Shown: one piece after another, positions 45,733-55,322 of the stretch
Layout: every line of letters begins with the position of its first letter
Position numbering within the stretch: the stretch's first letter is position 1
IMG/VR virus record: IMGVR_UViG_3300035101_000015
Location: 1 to 64,000 of that record
From: a virus
Lineage: Duplodnaviria; Caudoviricetes
Direction: 5' to 3' (one strand)
Length of the DNA stretch: 64,000 bases
The notes under the pieces: generated by a model
Seen by the model: the letters and a program-made list of their open reading frames with translations, nothing else
What the model was told of the DNA's origin: nothing
Databases searched by the model: none
Program-made: the position numbers and the translations under genes

Positions 45733-46124
45733 GTCCGCCCCCTTGGTGGAGAGGAACCGCGTCGCACGGCATCCCTGATGACCCCATCCATGGACTGTTG
45801 CATGCTACGAAGTAGCCCCTGCGTCTGCTGCTCAGTCTGAGTGAGGTTGTCGAGCGCGTTCTTCACCCCGGAGAAGGTGCTCGTCATCTTCTCCACGAGT
45901 TTCTCCTGGCGCTCGGACGCCTTCTCCATGCGGTCACTCAGTTGCTTCTGGTCAGCCACCCGCTCGTTCTGCACGCGGTTGAGCTTCCAGACTGAGAAGA
46001 TGGCTACCACCAAGGATAGTATGGCGATGGCCCCGAGTAAACCGGACTCCAGGATGCTGAGCCCACTCTTCCCTGCGAGCTCTGCCGCCTCGGCGGCCGG
46101 CCCGGCCAGTAGAAGAAGGCTCAT
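45729..46124 (-). CDS. TM plus coiled-coil protein (holin-like candidate)
   Basis: GLLGAIAILSLVVAIFSVW then heptads. Confidence 0.55.
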   Translation of the reverse strand: MSLLLLAGPAAEAAELAGKSGLSILESGLLGAIAILSLVVAIFSVWKLNRVQNERVADQKQLSDRMEKASERQEKLVEKMTSTFSGVKNALDNLTQTEQQTQGLLRSMQQSMDGVIRDAVRRGSSPPRGRT

Positions 46125-46129
46125 GAGTC

Positions 46130-46522
46130 TCAGCCTAGGACACGTACCCGTACGGTCACATCGGCAGCGTGCGCGATGCTCATGCTGAGGATGCCTGCTG
46201 CCGTTGGGCTCGGGCTCCCGTAGGAGAGGAAGCCACCAGGTGAAATCTCAATCTGGTCGGTGCCACCGTTGAACGTGACCTGGACGGGCTGCGCTGCAGG
46301 GCTGGCGTCGGCGTCGACTTCAATCTGCACCATCTTGGCACCGTTCGGTGTGATGGAACCGAAGTCGACGTCCTGCGTGCCGGCGCCCGAGAGCTCGTAC
46401 AGGAACGAAGCGCTGTTGCTGAAGTAGGCGCTGAGCGTGATGGGGATTTCACATGCCGACACGCCCTCGTCCGGCGGGTAGGCGAGCGTTGCGCTGTACG
46501 TGAATGGTGCAGGACTGGCCAC
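46130..46522 (-). CDS. Small beta-rich structural protein
   Basis: 130 aa directly after the tail tube gene. Confidence 0.6.
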   Translation of the reverse strand: MASPAPFTYSATLAYPPDEGVSACEIPITLSAYFSNSASFLYELSGAGTQDVDFGSITPNGAKMVQIEVDADASPAAQPVQVTFNGGTDQIEISPGGFLSYGSPSPTAAGILSMSIAHAADVTVRVRVLG

Positions 46523-46534
46523 TGACGCCTCCTA

Positions 46535-47299
46535 TCAGCTACCCGGGATGCCCAGGTAGGTCTCGCTGAGGTTGGCGCCGCCTGCGTTCTGGGAGCTCCC
46601 AGCACTGATGAGGGTGAGGGCACTGATGGCCACCGGCACCATGCGCTCGAACTGGATGCCGACCTGCTCCTGCACGAGCACGCCCTGCGAGTCCGTGGTG
46701 ATGGAGTGGTTCGGCAGGTAGCACGCCTCGAAGTACCCGGCGCCCAGGGAGTCCTGGTTGATGTCCCGGATGTACATCAGCAGCCCCACCGGCTGCGCGA
46801 ACAGGTCGGAGGCCAGGTTGATGAAGATGTTCTCGTACCCCGGCGGCACGATGACGTCGTGGGGATTGGACACGCTCGCCGCACCGGAGTTCGGCCACAT
46901 CGCAGGCACCACCGTCGGTGGGATGAGGTCCTGGTAGTAGGCGTACAGGATGCGCAGGAGCGAGGCACCGTGGTAGTACAACCGACCCAGACCAATCTGC
47001 CCGACCGTGCGCCCCGAGATGAAGTAGCTCCGCTCGGAGCCAATCTCGAAGATGCGGCTGAACTGACGGTTGTGGGTGACGTTGAAGTTCTGGACGATGC
47101 CGATGGGCAGCACAATCTGATTGGCTGCCTGACCACTGCCACTCACCGCTGAGGCGAAGGCCGCCGCGCCGCCGACGTTGGCGATGCGTGGTGGCCCGGC
47201 AGCGAGCAACGTGTGTCCCGCATTGACGTACTGCCCATCCAGCAACCCCGACTGAACGTAGTTGGTGTATGGGGACCAGTCGCTGAAGTTTCCGCTCAT
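46535..47299 (-). CDS. Tail tube protein
   Basis: PIGIVQNFNVTHNRQFSRIFEIGSERSYFISGR; directly follows the sheath gene. Confidence 0.8.
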   Translation of the reverse strand: MSGNFSDWSPYTNYVQSGLLDGQYVNAGHTLLAAGPPRIANVGGAAAFASAVSGSGQAANQIVLPIGIVQNFNVTHNRQFSRIFEIGSERSYFISGRTVGQIGLGRLYYHGASLLRILYAYYQDLIPPTVVPAMWPNSGAASVSNPHDVIVPPGYENIFINLASDLFAQPVGLLMYIRDINQDSLGAGYFEACYLPNHSITTDSQGVLVQEQVGIQFERMVPVAISALTLISAGSSQNAGGANLSETYLGIPGS

Positions 47300-47327
47300 C
47301 GGATGTCTCCTTGTCCTCTATTCTACC

Positions 47328-50300
47328 CTACACGACCAGCGTCAGGCGGATGTAGTTGCAGGGGTAGGGTGGGTCGAGGGTGGTGTCGACCAGGACGGTG
47401 TCTCGCGCGTCCTCGTCCTGGATGATGTTGTTGAGCGTCAGGCCGATGAGGACACCGGTCTCCACGAGGAACCCGCCGAGCCCCTGGATGACGGAGCCCA
47501 GGGTGTCGAGGAAGCCCTGAGTGATGTTGAACCGCCCAATGAAGTTGCGCAGGCCGCGCCGCATGAACTTCGCGGTGAAGTCCACCACCTTGGTGATGGA
47601 GTCGGTGCGCGTCTCGATGGACGTCATGTCCGTCGTGAGCGCCATGCGGCTGGTGAGCGGGCCACCCTCCACATCCTGGACGATGATGTACACACCACCG
47701 GCGGCCATCTGATTGAGCTGACGCTCGCTGAACGTGTCGTTCGACCCGATGACCCGGGTGAACCCACTCATCGGGAAGTTGGTGAACGACTGCTGTGGGG
47801 GCTGCTGACCAATCATGCCGACGATGGCGGCGTTCATGTAGAAGCCCTCGATGAGCTGCTCGAGCCCCTCGATGGTGGCCGCCGCCTGGTCCGGGAAGGT
47901 GAGCCAGAACCGACGGTTGCCGAACGCCTGGCCCAGCGAGGACATAGTCGAGGCGATGCCCGACTTGTCCTTCTGACCAGTGGACGTCAGCAGCTCGGCA
48001 CCGCGCACGCGGATGGCGAATGCCTCACTGATGAGTGGCAGGCTCATCGCCGTGTCGGCGTAGAACCCATCGTCGTTGTCGCCAGCCGTGAAGGTCGTGC
48101 GGATGGTCACCACACCACCAGAGATGCTCTCGATGGAGTAGTGCTCGTCGTCACTGGCGAGGTCGAGGAAGACACCCTCACTGGTCGGGATGGTGCCCAC
48201 CGGGTTGACGCCGGCATTGTTCAGCAGCGTGCTGAGATTCACCACCTTGGTGTCGAAGGTCAGGGTGGTCAGCCCATCACCGTCGGTACCAGAAGCCACG
48301 AGGGTGTCGAGTTGACGCTCGGGCACATCCGGGTTCCAGATGACGATGCGCTCGCCCTTGTTCTCCGGCTCGCTCATGAAGTTGACGTGGGTGTTGAACA
48401 CCTGGCCAACCGTCTGGTCGTGGGTGAGCGGAGCGATGGCGTAGACCTCGAAGCCCTCGAGGTACTCCGCCGCCCGAGTGAACGCTTCCACCGTACCGTA
48501 CGGAGCGTCGGCACTGATGGCGTCCACACCCAGGCCAGTCACCTGGACGCCCGGCGCGTTGACCATGGCGTAGAACAGGCCCAGAGAGAGCGGGTTGTCG
48601 GAGTTGATGGGCGGGAGCTGCTGCTCGAGCTGGGTGGTGCTGTCGAACCGCAGCAGGCCAGGCTGGCTGGCCAAGGCGCTGACGTCCTGACGGACGGCGC
48701 TGTAGGACACGTACAGCGGGGCCTTGCCCGGCACCGGCGCGCCCTGGGTATCCCGGAGCTGGTCGTGCTTGATGTTCAGGGTTCCCTGAGCATCGAGGAC
48801 GAAGTCCGGGGTCGGGCGGGAGACGCCGATGGTGGCGTCGCCAGCGACCAGGTTCTTGGCGATGATGTACCAGTCTCGCCCAACGTCCGAGGTGATAGGC
48901 ACCTGCTTGTCGATGCGCAGCGTGTCGGTCAGCCCACCCGGGGCCACCTTGGAGATGAGCGCGTAGAACAGCCCATCTACCCACAGCTCGTCACCTGGCT
49001 GAGCCTGGAAGGGGTCGCCGTACTCCTTGGCTCCGGCAACGATGTTCTCGCCATCACCATAGACGGTCTCGAGGGAGAGACCGAGCAACGCCGCAGCACC
49101 AGTTCCCTCAGCCACGACAAGGCTGGCCTGCACACCAGTGGTGGTACCAGTCATCACCAACCCACCGTTGACACCCTGTGTCGCAGTGACACCGGTGAGA
49201 GCACCCTCGATGTTGGCCTTCAACGCCGCGAAGGTTGTCTCACTTGCGAGCGTCACCGTGGTGGGACCAGCACCGTCGATGTCGACAGTGAAGGTCTCAG
49301 TGCCTAGCGTAGGGAACACATCGGTTCCAGTAACCACCTCGACAGTGAGCCCCAAGAGCTGCAGACCTCCACCAGCATCGTCAATGATTTCCAGCGAACC
49401 AGTGGAGCCAAGAGTGCTACCCGTCAGCACCAGACCACCCGTCGTCCCGCTAGCACGCGTAGCGGTCACACCCGTCAGCGCTGTCTCAAGGACAGCCTTC
49501 AGACCGGTAACGGGAGTACTCCAGTCGGTGATGGTACCAGGAAGCGTCACTGGGATTGCAACGCCACCGTCAATCTTGACCTCGAAGGTCTCACCAGCGA
49601 ATGTGGGGAAGACCGCATCAGCCAAGTTCACCGTACCCTCGGTAGTCACCGCAGGCAGGTCCGGGCCAAGGTCGACCGAGCCTTCGGTGGTCTCCGCCGG
49701 AGTGTCACCAATATCGAGGTATGGAAGAGCAGTCCCGCCGATGATGTTGACGACCGACTCTTCACCCTTTCGGCTGTTGGTGATGATGATGGCACCAATC
49801 GGAGGAGTGGGGCCGGTGGTCTCTTCACTCACCACCAAGGTGCCGCCAGCGTTTGAGCCCATCACAGCCTCGATGGCTGTCTTGAGTAGAGCAACGGTGG
49901 TCTCGGTGCCATCGAAGGTGATGGTCTGTGCTGGCCCACCATCACTGATGATGAGGGTGGAATTGGCAGGCGGAGGCAGGTTGGGAACACCCGAACCAGA
50001 CAGCACAGCGGTGCCGGGAGCAGAGGTGAAGTCCTGACCCGAGAACTCGAGCAGCGGAGTCACCGCGTCGCCGTTGCCATCGTCGACCGCAGCAATGCTC
50101 ACGCCGTAGACGGTCTGCGCGGTCAGGCCGAGCAGCCCCATCGCCGAGTTGGAGTCCGGGGTCACCAGCTCGATGGTGTGGTCGTAGCCACCCGTGTCGT
50201 GGGTGAAGACCAGACCGTTGCTGCCACCCAGTGATGCCGTCACCCCCGTGAAGCCGGAGGTGCCGTTGAGCAGGGCTAGGAGCTGCGTGGAGTCGTTGAC

Positions 50301-51134
50301 GGTGGCCGGGATGGTGACCAACTGAGTCTCCCCTCCATCAACCTTCATCCACAGCGCCTCACCACTGAAGAACGGGAAGCTGCCACTGAGGTCAACCGAG
50401 CCCTCCGAAGTCGAAGCAGCACCTGCAACATAGCCACGGGAGAGGAATGACTGGTCTCGCTTCGACTCTTGCAGTCCCACACCCGAGCCGGTGAAGAAGA
50501 ACACCCGGATGGAGTCCTGCTCAACCGCCAGCTCATCCAGGTTGCTGTTCGGGTCGGGCAGTGCCGTCGGGGGAATCTCCACCTCGTACTGCAGGTACTG
50601 GCTGATGCCCCGGTAGGTCTTGCCGAGGCCGAAGCCGAAGGTGTCCGCCACACTCTGAGTCGTGGTGTCATCGACCAAGATGGACTCGAACTCGCCCTTG
50701 CCCACCGTCACTAGCTGCCACCTGTCCGTGCCCACCGTCTCAGCCAGCGCAGAGGTCACGCCGAGCGCGCTGAGCTGGGTGTTGATTTGGGACACGACCG
50801 TCGCCGGCGTCAGGCCGAACAAGGTGGGGTCGCTGAAGATGATGGTGATGGCAGGGCTTTCGTTGACCGAGATGACCAACGAGTCTCCGTCCAGACCAGT
50901 GTAGCGAATGGGGTCTCCAGTCCCAGGCTTCGAGATGACCAGGGCCGGGAGGGTGATGAGTGCGTCGGGGTTCAACTGGTTCCCGCCGGCGCCGTCGCTC
51001 TCCAGCACCTCGACAATCTGCTTCGCAACGCCCACGACGTTGGGGACCAGAGTCGGAGTGATGATGGACGGAGTGACCGTGCGGAACTCCTGGATGACCT
51101 CTACGCCAGGGCGGGCGAGTTCTTCTGCTGCCAC
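47328..51134 (-). CDS. Contractile tail sheath protein with five inserted repeat domains
   Basis: N-terminal RPGVEVIQE; C-terminal LNQMAAGGV...SITKVVDF...FIGR...PPYPCNYIRLTL. Confidence 0.9.
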   Translation of the reverse strand: MAAEELARPGVEVIQEFRTVTPSIITPTLVPNVVGVAKQIVEVLESDGAGGNQLNPDALITLPALVISKPGTGDPIRYTGLDGDSLVISVNESPAITIIFSDPTLFGLTPATVVSQINTQLSALGVTSALAETVGTDRWQLVTVGKGEFESILVDDTTTQSVADTFGFGLGKTYRGISQYLQYEVEIPPTALPDPNSNLDELAVEQDSIRVFFFTGSGVGLQESKRDQSFLSRGYVAGAASTSEGSVDLSGSFPFFSGEALWMKVDGGETQLVTIPATVNDSTQLLALLNGTSGFTGVTASLGGSNGLVFTHDTGGYDHTIELVTPDSNSAMGLLGLTAQTVYGVSIAAVDDGNGDAVTPLLEFSGQDFTSAPGTAVLSGSGVPNLPPPANSTLIISDGGPAQTITFDGTETTVALLKTAIEAVMGSNAGGTLVVSEETTGPTPPIGAIIITNSRKGEESVVNIIGGTALPYLDIGDTPAETTEGSVDLGPDLPAVTTEGTVNLADAVFPTFAGETFEVKIDGGVAIPVTLPGTITDWSTPVTGLKAVLETALTGVTATRASGTTGGLVLTGSTLGSTGSLEIIDDAGGGLQLLGLTVEVVTGTDVFPTLGTETFTVDIDGAGPTTVTLASETTFAALKANIEGALTGVTATQGVNGGLVMTGTTTGVQASLVVAEGTGAAALLGLSLETVYGDGENIVAGAKEYGDPFQAQPGDELWVDGLFYALISKVAPGGLTDTLRIDKQVPITSDVGRDWYIIAKNLVAGDATIGVSRPTPDFVLDAQGTLNIKHDQLRDTQGAPVPGKAPLYVSYSAVRQDVSALASQPGLLRFDSTTQLEQQLPPINSDNPLSLGLFYAMVNAPGVQVTGLGVDAISADAPYGTVEAFTRAAEYLEGFEVYAIAPLTHDQTVGQVFNTHVNFMSEPENKGERIVIWNPDVPERQLDTLVASGTDGDGLTTLTFDTKVVNLSTLLNNAGVNPVGTIPTSEGVFLDLASDDEHYSIESISGGVVTIRTTFTAGDNDDGFYADTAMSLPLISEAFAIRVRGAELLTSTGQKDKSGIASTMSSLGQAFGNRRFWLTFPDQAAATIEGLEQLIEGFYMNAAIVGMIGQQPPQQSFTNFPMSGFTRVIGSNDTFSERQLNQMAAGGVYIIVQDVEGGPLTSRMALTTDMTSIETRTDSITKVVDFTAKFMRRGLRNFIGRFNITQGFLDTLGSVIQGLGGFLVETGVLIGLTLNNIIQDEDARDTVLVDTTLDPPYPCNYIRLTLVV

Positions 51135-51140
51135 TGTTCT

Positions 51141-52076
51141 CTAGCCTTTCTGCTCGAATGCCACGGACGAGTCTGATTGTTCCACGCAGGGGCGCACTAT
51201 GGGAATAGTGCTGCCCCCACGTGGGTTGAGGCGTTGGCCCGGCCGGTTGGGCCGAATCGTGCGAACTCTCACCGTGACGGCTGGATTGAGGGGATGCGGT
51301 TGTAGCGAAAGAGGACTTCGTTGTAGGTCCCTCGCTTGCGGTGCGAAGGTTGGTGGAGGACAGGCGTAGAACGCCATGGGAAGTTCATGGTCCATCGCAG
51401 GGTTGTTCCGGGGCGCCCCGAGGCTCCCTCGGAACGTGCGGCCCCGCACCTGCATGGTTTGCTCAATGTTCTGGACTACTTGTAGTCCCAACGGAGTGAA
51501 GGACGAGAGGCGAGCGAACTGGAAGGGCACGCTCACCGGCGTGCAGTAGAACTCATCGCCCCGGTCGTTGGCGATGATGCTGCCAGCGCCTGAGGGAGAG
51601 CCTACTTGAATCCCTCTACCGGTCTCGAAGAAGCCTGCCTTCATCAGCAGGTCTCGCAGTAGCCAAATGTGGTCAGCGATGACGAAGGCCAGGTGCTCAC
51701 TCTCGAGGTCGACCCGAGAGCAGCAGTTGATGGTCATGGTACCCGGAAGAAGCACACCCTTCGTCTTGCGGCCCAGCGCGAAGTCGTACCCCTCGAGGTC
51801 GTCGAGTCCGAGGTTGTAGAACTGGACGGGTCCGCGAACGAAGTTCACGGCCGGCACCTTCTCCACCACCGTTGGCTGAATGACATTCTCGTTGGTGATG
51901 TAGATTTCGGTGTTCTCGTCGTCGGGTACCCACCGATACGAGCCCTCTGGTGCCGTAGCGAACAAGCCCTTCACGAAGTTCACGAAGAGCACGCGCACGT
52001 GCATCAGCGGGTTGTACTTGAAGCTCGACTCCGGGTAGGCCGGACAAGAGCGGGTCTCAGGGTTCTTTGCTGCCAC
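51141..52076 (-). CDS. Tail terminator/neck-like protein
   Basis: VEKVPAVNFVRG, GTMTINCCSR..ESEHLA; directly upstream of the sheath gene. Confidence 0.6.
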   Translation of the reverse strand: MAAKNPETRSCPAYPESSFKYNPLMHVRVLFVNFVKGLFATAPEGSYRWVPDDENTEIYITNENVIQPTVVEKVPAVNFVRGPVQFYNLGLDDLEGYDFALGRKTKGVLLPGTMTINCCSRVDLESEHLAFVIADHIWLLRDLLMKAGFFETGRGIQVGSPSGAGSIIANDRGDEFYCTPVSVPFQFARLSSFTPLGLQVVQNIEQTMQVRGRTFRGSLGAPRNNPAMDHELPMAFYACPPPTFAPQARDLQRSPLSLQPHPLNPAVTVRVRTIRPNRPGQRLNPRGGSTIPIVRPCVEQSDSSVAFEQKG

Positions 52077-52731
52077 TGGCCCTCCTAGCAGCCGACTGCT
52101 CCCTCATCTTGTCGAGGAGGGTGTTCTGCCAGTGGGAGAACAGAAGGCTGCCAAGTCCCATGGTGACAGGGATTGCGTGTCCTGCAAAACGACCGGTGAC
52201 CAGCGGCTTGCCAGTGCGTTTCTTGCTCAGCCGATTGGCCAGTGAAAGGCCGCCGTAGCCGGCGCCGACGCCCGCCCCGAACGCACCGATGTCCTTGGCG
52301 GCAGTCACCCAGGGGTGAGATTTGGCAGGCTTGGGCTCGGGAAGCTCCTCCTGTGGCTCCACAGGAACCACATCAGCCTCAGCTCTCTTCTCCTTTCGAG
52401 CCTGATGGAGCAGATGAAGTCCACCACCAGTGAGAGCTCCACCAATCCCCAACGTCATCAGCGCCTGACCTAGTGGAGGTGCGGCTGATACAGGGCGCGT
52501 GGGTCGAATGGGTGGAATCTTGATGACGATTCGCTTCATCCGAGGCGCTCGCCTCGGCATGGCCTGTTGCTTTGGCACCTTGTGCCCACGTCGCTTCAGG
52601 TCATCTTCAATCTCCCTGAGCTTCCGCTCGAGCTCATCACCTGGGTCCGGGCGAGGCGCTGGAGTGGGCTCCGCCGTCTTCAACAACCCATCCTCGAGGG
52701 CGACTCTCATCTGCATGTGCGTCAGCGACAC
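52057..52731 (-). CDS. K-x-A-punctuated protein with glycine-zipper segments
   Basis: LKTA, EKRA; LGIGGALTGGG and GAFGAGVGAGYGG. Confidence 0.65.
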   Translation of the reverse strand: MSLTHMQMRVALEDGLLKTAEPTPAPRPDPGDELERKLREIEDDLKRRGHKVPKQQAMPRRAPRMKRIVIKIPPIRPTRPVSAAPPLGQALMTLGIGGALTGGGLHLLHQARKEKRAEADVVPVEPQEELPEPKPAKSHPWVTAAKDIGAFGAGVGAGYGGLSLANRLSKKRTGKPLVTGRFAGHAIPVTMGLGSLLFSHWQNTLLDKMREQSAARRASGSKEP

Positions 52732-53645
52732 GGCCGGTCTCCGCAGTTGTCGGTCAGGTAGATGTTGAAGATGGAGTTGGTCATCTCATCATCGAGTGCC
52801 TCAAGCTGCTGAGGATTGGTGAAGTTGCGCTCGGGCTTGAGGAAGATGTTCCTCAGTACGTCGCAGAGCTCCACTGGGATGAGGTACTCGATGGCACTCT
52901 GAGGCACCTCGTGAATCTGCACCTCCTGATGAACCGGAGTGCCGACGTGCTTGGTTTTGCTGACCTGGGTAATCTTGTAGCGGGTGTTGTCCGACAGACT
53001 GAGCATCAGGTCACCCGGCTTGAGCGGCGGGTAGTACAACGTCCGGTAGGTGGTGTCCGTCTGCTGCGTCTTGCCGACGGAGCTGAACTGCTCTCGTGCA
53101 GGGTTCGGGTCCCGTGAAATCCAGGACTCGATGGGGTGCATGTACCCCCGGATGAAGCTGGTGTCCCAACAGGTGCGGCATCCAGAACGCTTGCGCTTCT
53201 TGAGGCTCTCACTCCAACACTCAGGACATCGTTGCCCGAAGGTGCGGACTGGGAATATGACGCAGCGCTCACCGATGAACTCCCGCATGAGCAGGGCGAT
53301 GTGCTGCCGGAGTTCGGTGGTGACGAGGTCGGCCTCCTGACCCATCATCACCGGACCGAAGTCCCAGAAAGCGTCAGTTGCCTTGCACCGAACCCTCACC
53401 TTGTAGTGGAGCTGACGGTACCGGTGCAGCGACTTGATGGAGTTGTCGACGTAGAGGTAGCCGTCGTCGAACGGCTCGCAGAGCTCGTCGTACGGACCCT
53501 CAGCGCCCTCGGACCTGAGCACCTGGAAGGTGAAGTCCAGGACGTCGGTCGTCGTCGGCTCGAGCTCCCAAGAGACCTCGTTGTGCTCTACCGACAGCGA
53601 CCGAACCCGCAACTTGCGGACCTGGATTGGGCACGAGCACGACAC
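52722..53645 (-). CDS. Head-closure/neck protein with FN3-like N-domain and Zn site
   Basis: CPEC...CRTCWDTSFIRGY; YPPLKPGD...RYKI; position in the neck module. Confidence 0.65.
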   Translation of the reverse strand: MSCSCPIQVRKLRVRSLSVEHNEVSWELEPTTTDVLDFTFQVLRSEGAEGPYDELCEPFDDGYLYVDNSIKSLHRYRQLHYKVRVRCKATDAFWDFGPVMMGQEADLVTTELRQHIALLMREFIGERCVIFPVRTFGQRCPECWSESLKKRKRSGCRTCWDTSFIRGYMHPIESWISRDPNPAREQFSSVGKTQQTDTTYRTLYYPPLKPGDLMLSLSDNTRYKITQVSKTKHVGTPVHQEVQIHEVPQSAIEYLIPVELCDVLRNIFLKPERNFTNPQQLEALDDEMTNSIFNIYLTDNCGDRPCR

Positions 53646-53660
53646 CGCCTGAGCACCTCA

Positions 53661-55313
53661 CTACGCTGTGGCTCGACCCAGTAGTGCAGCACCACCGAGT
53701 CCAGCGCCGGCGAGGCCGAGAGCAGCACCACGGTTCTCCGTCTTGCCCGCCCACCGGGCGGCTCGACCGACACCACGGCTGGCCTGACCCTTCAGAGCCT
53801 CCATGCCCTTGCCGAACTGCATCCCTTGACCCTTGGCGCCCTTGAACGCTTTGCCGACGGTGGGTGCGGCCTTGCGGATGAACTGACCAGCACCCTTCAG
53901 TCCAGCCAGCATCGCACCACCAAAGGCTTCCTTCTGAAGCTGCTCGAACTCCTCAGGGGTGAGACCGAAAGCTGCCGCCTGCTTCACCAGTATCGAAGCA
54001 TGCTTGCTGCCGCACGCTGAGTCCTTCTCTTTGCCGCGCAGCATGCCCTTCACCTTGGCAGGCATGGGGCCCTTGCCCTCGCCAACCTTCTTGTCGTTGT
54101 CGAAGTCAGTACCAGGAGGAACTGCGTCCTTGCCGAGGTTCTCGAGCTGGGCCTTCTTCTCTTTGCCCTTCTTCTCGGACTTCTCTGCCTTCGGCTTCTT
54201 GCTACGCGTGTAGCCAAGGTAGGCACCTCCGCCGGCACCCAGAGCTCGTCCAACAGCAGCTCCAGGAGCACCTCCGGCGGCACCTCCCACTATTCCACCA
54301 CCAAGGCTGCCCATCAAAGCGCCAGTTCCTGGACCCATCTCTCCGGGCTTGAAGTCCGCATTCTCCGCGTACCTTCCCATCCTACCGGCTGCGTACCCAG
54401 CGAGGCCGGGTGTGAAGATGTCCTTGGTTGCACCAGCAGCAAGGCCAACTGGAGTGGCGACAGCCAAACCTGCAGGGTCCACTGCAGACACCTTCTGCAG
54501 CGGCTTCTCCCTCTTCTGACTCTCCTGTCCCTTGCTCACGCCGACCTTCTTCTCGGCCTTGCGCTGGAGCTTCTGGGGAACGACCTCGGAACGCGTGGCG
54601 AGTGCCGGGTACTTCTTCGACACAGCCTTGAAGACCTGCGCCTTCTCAGATGGTGAACCGAATTGCCGCACGCGTGTCAGGGCATTGCGGGCGTGCTTCG
54701 GGTCGTGGATGGGGTACTTGCCCCCCTTGACAGCGAAGTTCTTGGACTTGATTTTCTCCCGAGCCTGACCGGTGAGCACAGCAGAGAGCTTGATGGAAGC
54801 AGCCTTCTCTACCGGACTCGCCTCCTCAGCTTCGGCTTCATCCTCTTCGTCCTCTTCATCCTCCTCACCCTCTTCAGGCTCTTCGGCTTCGAGCTCTTCG
54901 CCCTCCTCTTCCTCAGTTTCACCGCCACCGGATGCCTGGAGCTTGTGCTTGTTGAGCTCGAGGTCGAGGATGCGCTTCTTGAGACGAATGGCGTCCTGCT
55001 GGCGCCACTCCTCATCGCACTCTTCGCGCTCAGCTTCCCGCTCCTGCTGCTTGGCTAGGCGCTTCTGCTCCCGAGCAATCTCGAGCTCTAGGCTCTCCTG
55101 CTCGAGCGCCAGGGCCTGTTCATGGAAGGGGGTGCCTTCGTACTTCTCCAACCATTCATCCGAGCCACCGCAGAGGTAGGCCAGCTTGCTCTTGCCCTCG
55201 GCCAGAGCGTAGAGCTCCCGCTTGGGGAGCTTGGTGAAGTCCTGCACCATGGCCTTGTAGGCTGATGCCTTCTTCTCGTGCTCGACTGCGACTTCGAGGA
55301 ATGCGTCCAACAT
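53661..55313 (-). CDS. K-x-A-punctuated polyprotein-like protein with DUF6582-like module
   Basis: LTGQAREKIKSKNFA...YPIHDPKHARNAL bracketed by IKLS and QKVS; acidic spacer; two glycine-zipper modules. Confidence 0.7.
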   Translation of the reverse strand: MLDAFLEVAVEHEKKASAYKAMVQDFTKLPKRELYALAEGKSKLAYLCGGSDEWLEKYEGTPFHEQALALEQESLELEIAREQKRLAKQQEREAEREECDEEWRQQDAIRLKKRILDLELNKHKLQASGGGETEEEEGEELEAEEPEEGEEDEEDEEDEAEAEEASPVEKAASIKLSAVLTGQAREKIKSKNFAVKGGKYPIHDPKHARNALTRVRQFGSPSEKAQVFKAVSKKYPALATRSEVVPQKLQRKAEKKVGVSKGQESQKREKPLQKVSAVDPAGLAVATPVGLAAGATKDIFTPGLAGYAAGRMGRYAENADFKPGEMGPGTGALMGSLGGGIVGGAAGGAPGAAVGRALGAGGGAYLGYTRSKKPKAEKSEKKGKEKKAQLENLGKDAVPPGTDFDNDKKVGEGKGPMPAKVKGMLRGKEKDSACGSKHASILVKQAAAFGLTPEEFEQLQKEAFGGAMLAGLKGAGQFIRKAAPTVGKAFKGAKGQGMQFGKGMEALKGQASRGVGRAARWAGKTENRGAALGLAGAGLGGAALLGRATA

Positions 55314-55322
55314 GGTCCTACC

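Noticed and set aside
47262-49307. Long plus-strand ORFs (681 aa here; also 10194-11609, 55278-56759, 59177-60655)
   Set aside because: Antisense shadows of well-supported high-GC3 minus-strand genes, with no RBS or recognisable motifs.
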